This document shows positions 58,619 through 64,000 of a stretch of 64,000 nucleotides of DNA, in pieces. This stretch comes from an uncultured Methylomirabilota bacterium (lineage in GTDB: Bacteria; Methylomirabilota; Methylomirabilia; Methylomirabilales; 2-02-FULL-66-22). Below the pieces are notes generated by a model, which saw only the letters and a program-made list of their open reading frames with translations, had not been told where the DNA came from and ran no database searches. The stretch is from positions 768,001 through 832,000 of the forward strand of contig CAWJSJ010000001.1 in assembly GCA_963845565.1 (NCBI GenBank). The letters run 5' to 3'. The stretch's first letter is position 1, and every line of letters begins with the position of its first letter. The position numbers and the translations under genes are program-made.

Positions 58619-59833
58619 TTACCGCTTCAGGTTCACCGCTTCCATCAAGACCTCATCGCTGGTGGTGATGACGCGCGCATTGGCCTGGAAGCCGCGCTGC
58701 GCGACGATGAGTTTCGTGAACTCATCCGCCAAGTCGACGTTGGACGCCTCCAGGGATCCCGGCGCGAGCGTCCCGCGTCCACCCGTCCCCGGATCTCCCG
58801 TGTTGGCCACGCCCGAGTTCGAGGTTTCCCGATACAGATTGTTTCCTTGTTTGGAGAGCCCCGCGGCGTTGGGGAACGTGGCAAGGCGAATGGTACCCAA
58901 GGACTGCACCCGGCCGTTACTGAATGTTCCATTGATGGTTCCATTGGTTCCAATGGAGAAATTCTGCAGCGTTCCCGACGCGGATCCATCCTGGCTCGCG
59001 AGGGCCAACGTCGCGGGCGATGCGAACCCGGTGACCGGTGACGCGTTGGCCGCGGAGCCGTAGTCCAGCGTGACCACCTGGGCGCTGCTGGCGCCGTTGG
59101 TGTAGTCCAGCGTGATGGTGCCCGTGCCGCCGGCGGTAATCGCCCCGCTGCCACTGAACTGGATGGTCCCGGAACCGCCCGCATTGATACTCATACTCGC
59201 GTCGTTTTCGGTGGTCACGTACGTGAACTCTCCGGCCGTCGCCGTCTTGGTGAAAGTGAGCGTCAGGTTGTGCGTGTCGCCCAGCGAGTCGTACAGGGAC
59301 ATGGTGGCGACATAGGTGGATCCGGCGGCTGTCGTCGGATCCAGGTTCCCGGTGATGGTGGCGATCCCGGATGCCACCGGAGCGGACGTCGCCGTCGGCG
59401 AGATGGTGATGTCGCCGGCGGCCCCTTGAACCCGGTAGCCGGTGACGGAGTCCACCAGGTTCCCGATCGAGTCCACTTCAAACGCGCCGGCTCGGGTGTA
59501 GTAATTGGCCGACCCGTCGCTGAGGACGAAGAAGCCGTCGCCCTGGATGGCGAGATCGGTCGGCTTGTTGGTCGTCAGAATGCCGCCCTGCGTAAACAGG
59601 TTGGTGATGGCGCCGGTGCGCACCCCCAAGCCGACCTGTTGCGGGTCCGTTCCTCCCACGTTCTGACTGGGGGCCGTTGCCCCGGCGAGTGTCTGGCTCA
59701 GCACATCAGAGAAGGTCGTCCGGCCAGCTTTGAAACCCGGCGTGTTCACGTTTGCAATGTTGTTTCCGGTCACGTCCAGCATGAGCTGGTGGGCGCGAAG
59801 GCCGGAGACGGCGCTGTTCATGGAACTGCCCAT
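58619..59833 (-). CDS. flgE: Flagellar hook protein
   Basis: AVSGL, GNNIANVNTPGFK, DLAIQGDGFF, YTRAG, LEASNVDLADEFT, QRGFQAN. Confidence 0.95.
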   Translation of the reverse strand: MGSSMNSAVSGLRAHQLMLDVTGNNIANVNTPGFKAGRTTFSDVLSQTLAGATAPSQNVGGTDPQQVGLGVRTGAITNLFTQGGILTTNKPTDLAIQGDGFFVLSDGSANYYTRAGAFEVDSIGNLVDSVTGYRVQGAAGDITISPTATSAPVASGIATITGNLDPTTAAGSTYVATMSLYDSLGDTHNLTLTFTKTATAGEFTYVTTENDASMSINAGGSGTIQFSGSGAITAGGTGTITLDYTNGASSAQVVTLDYGSAANASPVTGFASPATLALASQDGSASGTLQNFSIGTNGTINGTFSNGRVQSLGTIRLATFPNAAGLSKQGNNLYRETSNSGVANTGDPGTGGRGTLAPGSLEASNVDLADEFTKLIVAQRGFQANARVITTSDEVLMEAVNLKR

Positions 59834-59888
59834 GGGTCCCTCCTTTGCTGTTGAACAAACGGCCGCCTGGGGCGGCCTCGACACCCGG

Positions 59889-60605
59889 TTACGACGAGAG
59901 CGCGGTACCGGCCATCACATTCACCACCGACGTGAGCGGGACGCGCTGATTTCCCAGCATCAGCATGACCGTGCCCCCCTCGACATTGATGCCCGTGACC
60001 TGCCCGCCGCCGGTATAGACGCCTGAAACGGCGCGCCCAGTAGCATCGGCGGCGGCCACTTGATACGTGTAGCTCCCGGCACTCAGCCGCCGGCCGTTGT
60101 CATCGAGGCCGTCAAACGCCGCTTGGTGCGTACCAGCGCCCTGCTGTCCGACGACCATAGTCCGCACTGCCGTGCCGGACGCGTCGAACACCCGGATAGC
60201 AACGGCGTTCGCTGTTGTGGGCAGCGCGTACGCCAACGTCGCGGATCGCGTTCCGTCCAACGCGAGGGGTGATCCGTTCACGGTCACCGTTTTGCCGAGG
60301 AGCGCCGACGCGCCGACCGCCCCGCCGTTCCCGGATTGGGCCGCCGCCAGCTTGTCCAGGGTCTTGTTCATATTCTGGAGCTGTTCCAGCGAGCTGAATT
60401 GCGCCGTCTGCGCCACAAACTGGCTGTTATCCATGGGATTCAACGGATCCTGGTTCTTGAGCTGGGCGACCAGGAGACGAAGAAACTCGTCCTTGCCCAG
60501 CGTGCTCGAGGCAGTCGCAGACTCGGTCGAGGATCCCGTGACCCCCTGGAGGAGGCCGGATACGACGGCTCCCCCGACAGTGGCCAGAATCGCAGGAATG
60601 GGCAT
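59889..60605 (-). CDS. flgD: Flagellar hook-capping protein
   Basis: LGKDEFLRLLVAQLKNQDPLNPMD, AQFSSLEQ. Confidence 0.95.
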   Translation of the reverse strand: MPIPAILATVGGAVVSGLLQGVTGSSTESATASSTLGKDEFLRLLVAQLKNQDPLNPMDNSQFVAQTAQFSSLEQLQNMNKTLDKLAAAQSGNGGAVGASALLGKTVTVNGSPLALDGTRSATLAYALPTTANAVAIRVFDASGTAVRTMVVGQQGAGTHQAAFDGLDDNGRRLSAGSYTYQVAAADATGRAVSGVYTGGGQVTGINVEGGTVMLMLGNQRVPLTSVVNVMAGTALSS

Positions 60606-60668
60606 CGCGTGGCTCCTTTCAATGAGACCGTCTGCCGTCGGCCAAATCGCCGGTCGGCCTCGCCGTGT

Positions 60669-62234
60669 CTAGATCCGAATATCGACCCGTGTGCTGGCGG
60701 GTGGTTCCGGGATCGGAATCGGTTCCGTCCGGTTCACGCTCTCGACCGGTGGTCCCTCGACCGTCGGGCTCTCCGGCGCCAGATGCCGGTGATGCGACCG
60801 CGCGTCCGAATCCATTCGCAGGTTGACCGAAAGTCGATCGAGGGGAATCCCGTGCTCCTGCAACGCGGTCCGCAGGGCGGGTGCGCCGCTTTCCAGGGCG
60901 TCCCGGGCGGCGGGCGTGGCGGCTTCCAGGCGTGCGCTGAGCGTGCCGCCCTCCCAGCGAACCTGTACGCGCACCTCGCCGAGCGATTCGGGATAAAGCC
61001 GCAGGTGCACCTCCATGCCGCCGCGCGCGAGAGATGCGCGTGCCGCACTCACCACGCGCTCCACGTTCGCCTCGGGAAGCGCGTCCGCGGCCGCATCGAG
61101 TCGTGCGACCATGCGTGGGGCCGCGACACTCCGGGCCGCTGCGGCATCGTCCGCGCGGTCCGCGACTTTCGGCGCTTCGCGCCGTGCCGTCGTGGGCGGT
61201 TGGCGCGGCTCCTCCTGGTCTCGGGACGAATCGCGGGGTGTCTCCTGGCGCTCAATGGCCGGAAGGGGCGTACCGGCGGGGCCCTCGGCCATCCGCCCCG
61301 AGGAGCCGCCATCAGGCCGCTCCATGGTCGGCGTAAGAACATCGTCGTGCCGGACGTCGACTCGGGACATGGGCGGGGCAGCATTTCGAGGCGTTTCACC
61401 GCCGCTGTCGGTCGCCGCGCTCCCCTGCGACACGGTCACGACCGACTCGTCGGAAGGCGTCGCGTCTCGCCGAATGGTCCCGGTCACCGCCGCCGTGTCC
61501 GGTGGTCGTCGCGGGCCCTCAGGCAGGTCGGTGGAACGGATCGGGTCCGCCGCTTCCTTGGCGCCGCGCGGCTTCTCCACCGTTACCGCAAGCGGATCGC
61601 CGGTTGTCCACGGGAGTGTCTCCGCGCGGATCGCGTCGTCTGGCGCAGCCGGTTGGACCGCGGGCGAGCCCGGAGTCTCCGCGCGGCGCTCCCCCTCCGG
61701 CCGCGCGGGCTCGGGTAGGGATTCTCCCTCGACCGCCGGTTGGCCCGCCGCCTGGGTTTCTGGTACGGGCCGAGGCAGGGTCTCGCTCCGATCCGCCACG
61801 GGGGTTCGGACCGTCTCCCGACCCGTCGTCCCCCATTCGACCCCCTCTGTCAGGCCACCGGTGCACGACACCATCCCTGCCGGTGGAACCGGCACTGCGG
61901 GACTGGTGGGCGGCACAGCCATGGCCGCCAAGAGGAACTGGAGTGCCACCAGATTGTTCTCGTACTCCGGTGGCGGTGCAGGTGCGGGGAAGCGCTCCGG
62001 TGGTTGCATCGCCTCGGCCCCCTCGAGACTCTCGGGCGCGTCCGGGGCATCGCCAATCCGGGGAGACGACGCCTCCGCGCACGGGACCGCCGCGGTCGCG
62101 ATCAGGAGCGAGAGGAGATCCACGAACGCTCCGCCCGGGGCGCCCTCTCCGGGAGGAACCGCCGGTGCGAGTCCATTTGCGCTCTGCTCCAGCGCATTGC
62201 CTAGTGCCGGTTGCGGTGCGAGCACGGGCATCAT
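60669..62234 (-). CDS. fliK: Flagellar hook-length control protein
   Basis: Pro/Ala-rich N-region; C-terminal LRLYPESLGEVRV; upstream of flgD. Confidence 0.85.
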   Translation of the reverse strand: MMPVLAPQPALGNALEQSANGLAPAVPPGEGAPGGAFVDLLSLLIATAAVPCAEASSPRIGDAPDAPESLEGAEAMQPPERFPAPAPPPEYENNLVALQFLLAAMAVPPTSPAVPVPPAGMVSCTGGLTEGVEWGTTGRETVRTPVADRSETLPRPVPETQAAGQPAVEGESLPEPARPEGERRAETPGSPAVQPAAPDDAIRAETLPWTTGDPLAVTVEKPRGAKEAADPIRSTDLPEGPRRPPDTAAVTGTIRRDATPSDESVVTVSQGSAATDSGGETPRNAAPPMSRVDVRHDDVLTPTMERPDGGSSGRMAEGPAGTPLPAIERQETPRDSSRDQEEPRQPPTTARREAPKVADRADDAAAARSVAAPRMVARLDAAADALPEANVERVVSAARASLARGGMEVHLRLYPESLGEVRVQVRWEGGTLSARLEAATPAARDALESGAPALRTALQEHGIPLDRLSVNLRMDSDARSHHRHLAPESPTVEGPPVESVNRTEPIPIPEPPASTRVDIRI

Positions 62235-62761
62235 GTTGTCGATTTTCCTCCAGGGTGCCCCAGAAGACGCGTCAGCTCCGCGGCGGCCGCAGGGGTCATC
62301 GCGGCCAGGATCTTGGCGGCGTGACGGGGGTTGATCTCTGCCAGCACCTGCGCAGCGAACGGTCGTTCCAGCTTTTCGAGGACGCCGGCCGCCTCCTTCG
62401 CCCGCATGCCTTCATACATTCGGGAGAGTCGCTTGACAGGCGCACCGGCGTCGGCCCCCGCTTCGGTCGCGCCGCCCGCGGGTTGTGCCGCTGCCTGGCG
62501 CGCCGGCGGGGTTGCCGGCGGTTCGCTCGGCTCGGCTGACGGCGTCGAATCAATCGCCGACTCCATCGGCGCGCGAGCCGTCGCGCCCGCGCCAGGCCCC
62601 TTGGCGCCGCTTTCTGTCTCGTGCTTTTTTTTCGGGTCCTCCTTTCCTGCTCCCGAGAAGCGCGGGAGGATTCCCTGCTGAAACACGCCGGTTACCAAGA
62701 GCGCCACCACGAGCATCCCGGCGAAGAACCCGCTGTACAATCCGATCGTCTTGACGGACAT
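62231..62761 (-). CDS. MotE/YlxF/FlbB-like (MgtE N-terminal-like) flagellar protein
   Basis: TM, linker, LSRMYEGMRAKEAAGVL...AAKILAAMTPAAAA; between fliJ and fliK. Confidence 0.8.
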   Translation of the reverse strand: MSVKTIGLYSGFFAGMLVVALLVTGVFQQGILPRFSGAGKEDPKKKHETESGAKGPGAGATARAPMESAIDSTPSAEPSEPPATPPARQAAAQPAGGATEAGADAGAPVKRLSRMYEGMRAKEAAGVLEKLERPFAAQVLAEINPRHAAKILAAMTPAAAAELTRLLGHPGGKSTT

Positions 62762-62764
62762 CGG

Positions 62765-63223
62765 CTACTCTCCGTTCTCGCTGCGGCGCCGGTTATGCCG
62801 CGCACCCGCTACCTCGTCCATGGCGACCTGCATTTCGTGCGCCTCCGCCTCACGGTATCGTACCCATGCGTCCTCGCGGAGGTGCGACACGACCTCACGG
62901 GCCCGACGGCGTTCCCGCAATTCCTCGCGCCGCTCCTGGGCCCGCAGCGTGGCTTCGGTGCGTTTCCGACGCAGTGCGGCCTCCCGCCCCTTGAGCGCCC
63001 CCGTAAACCGTGCATGCAAGAGGAACTCAGTTCCGTTCATGTGATCCGCCAGTTGGTTGCCCATCGCGTCCGCTTCCCGTAACAGCTGATCGCGCACGTG
63101 CGTCAGATCGGCGCCGATCTTCCGCTCCTGTTCGCATGCTCCCGCCAAGGACCGCTCTGCGGCCTCCTCGTGCAAGCGCCGCTGCCACAGCAGTCGCTCC
63201 AACGAAAACCGAAACGTCTTCAT
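62765..63223 (-). CDS. fliJ: Flagellar export chaperone
   Basis: MKTFRFSLERLL, coiled coil, AMDE near C-terminus; follows fliI. Confidence 0.85.
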   Translation of the reverse strand: MKTFRFSLERLLWQRRLHEEAAERSLAGACEQERKIGADLTHVRDQLLREADAMGNQLADHMNGTEFLLHARFTGALKGREAALRRKRTEATLRAQERREELRERRRAREVVSHLREDAWVRYREAEAHEMQVAMDEVAGARHNRRRSENGE

Positions 63224-63273
63224 CGCGTGTCCTGCCTGCCGTCGTCATCGCCGATTCGCGTTCTCAGCCCGCC

Positions 63274-64000
63274 TTACGTATTCCCCCGTTTCGATTGGGC
63301 GCCGCCGGGTTTGTCAGTCGCCCGCCATAGCGCTTCGAGGTCGGCCACCGTCTGGGTGAACGGGCTGCATTCGTCGACCCTCTGCCTCAAGAATCCCTGG
63401 ATGGCAGGCAGGTGCGCCAGGGCCCAGTCCGCCTTCTGGTCGCTGCCTGCGACGTAGGCCCCGATGCGGACCAGGTCTTCGACCTCGCGCGCCACACCGA
63501 GAGCCTCGCGGACCCGTCCCGCAGCCGCATGGTGACTGGCCGACGTGACCTGTGGCATCACGCGGCTGACGCTGGTCAGCACGTCCACCGGGGGATACTG
63601 GCCCCGATCCGCCAGCGCCCGTGACAGCACGATGTGTCCGTCCAGAATGGCGCGCGCGGCGTCGGCGACCGGTTCGTTCATGTCGTCCCCTTCCACCAGC
63701 ACCGTATAGAGCGCCGTGATCGACCCCTCGCCCGAACCGGGCCCCGCGCGCTCCAGCAATTGGGGAAGCAAGGCGAAGGCCGAGGGCGGGTAGCCCCTCG
63801 TGGTTGGAGGCTCGCCGGCGGCCAGCCCGATCTCGCGCTGCGCCATGGCGAACCGCGTAAGTGAGTCCACCATCAAGAGCACGGACCGGCCCTGATCCCG
63901 AAAGTATTCGCCGACGCCCGTGGCCAGCATGGCTGCTTGCCGCCGCAGCAGCGCGGGCGTGTCCGAGGTGGCTACCACCACAACCGATCGGGCGAGTCCC
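63274..64000 (-). CDS. fliI: Flagellar export ATPase, 5'-truncated by window edge
   Basis: [51 protein letters not shown]. Confidence 0.95.
   Translation of the reverse strand, partial: GLARSVVVVATSDTPALLRRQAAMLATGVGEYFRDQGRSVLLMVDSLTRFAMAQREIGLAAGEPPTTRGYPPSAFALLPQLLERAGPGSGEGSITALYTVLVEGDDMNEPVADAARAILDGHIVLSRALADRGQYPPVDVLTSVSRVMPQVTSASHHAAAGRVREALGVAREVEDLVRIGAYVAGSDQKADWALAHLPAIQGFLRQRVDECSPFTQTVADLEALWRATDKPGGAQSKRGNT

Overview
High-GC bacterial chromosomal window. The lineage cannot be proven from sequence; gene style tentatively suggests Methylomirabilota (NC10)/Rokubacteria or a related diderm. Left to right: (1) 1-6.8 kb housekeeping: oppD/oppF-type ATPases, miaB, a SPOR protein, HU/IHF, MerR-type regulator, tRNA-Pro(GGG), surE, pcm, tRNA-Pro(CGG). 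(2) 6.8-10 kb small decayed island: lipoprotein, NUDIX, leaderless XRE regulator, tyrosine-integrase scrap, Zn-ribbon response regulator. (3) 10-13.4 kb: metallophosphoesterase coupled to a ParB/Srx-like protein, acyP, apt, tRNA-Arg(CCT), TPR protein. (4) 13.4-19.6 kb decayed island at the 3' end of tRNA-Met: MITE-like repeat, ABC-transporter and phage-terminase pseudogenes, a 22-aa tandem-repeat protein, broken integrase. (5) PilZ protein, MFS transporter, livKHMGF. (6) BMP-type nucleoside ABC operon with its own phosphoribosyltransferase. (7) gdhA followed by an atypical PEP-synthase-like ATP-grasp protein. (8) 38-64 kb minus-strand flagellar cluster: fliIJ, fliK, flgDE, sigma54 activator, fliLMNOPQR, flhBAFG, fliA, a block of tightly coupled accessory genes, motAB. 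No CRISPR array, rRNA or intact mobile element was found. The best candidates for poorly understood systems are the gdhA/dikinase-like pair, the phosphoesterase/ParB-like pair and the post-fliA accessory module. All family assignments come from reading motifs, not from database searches.
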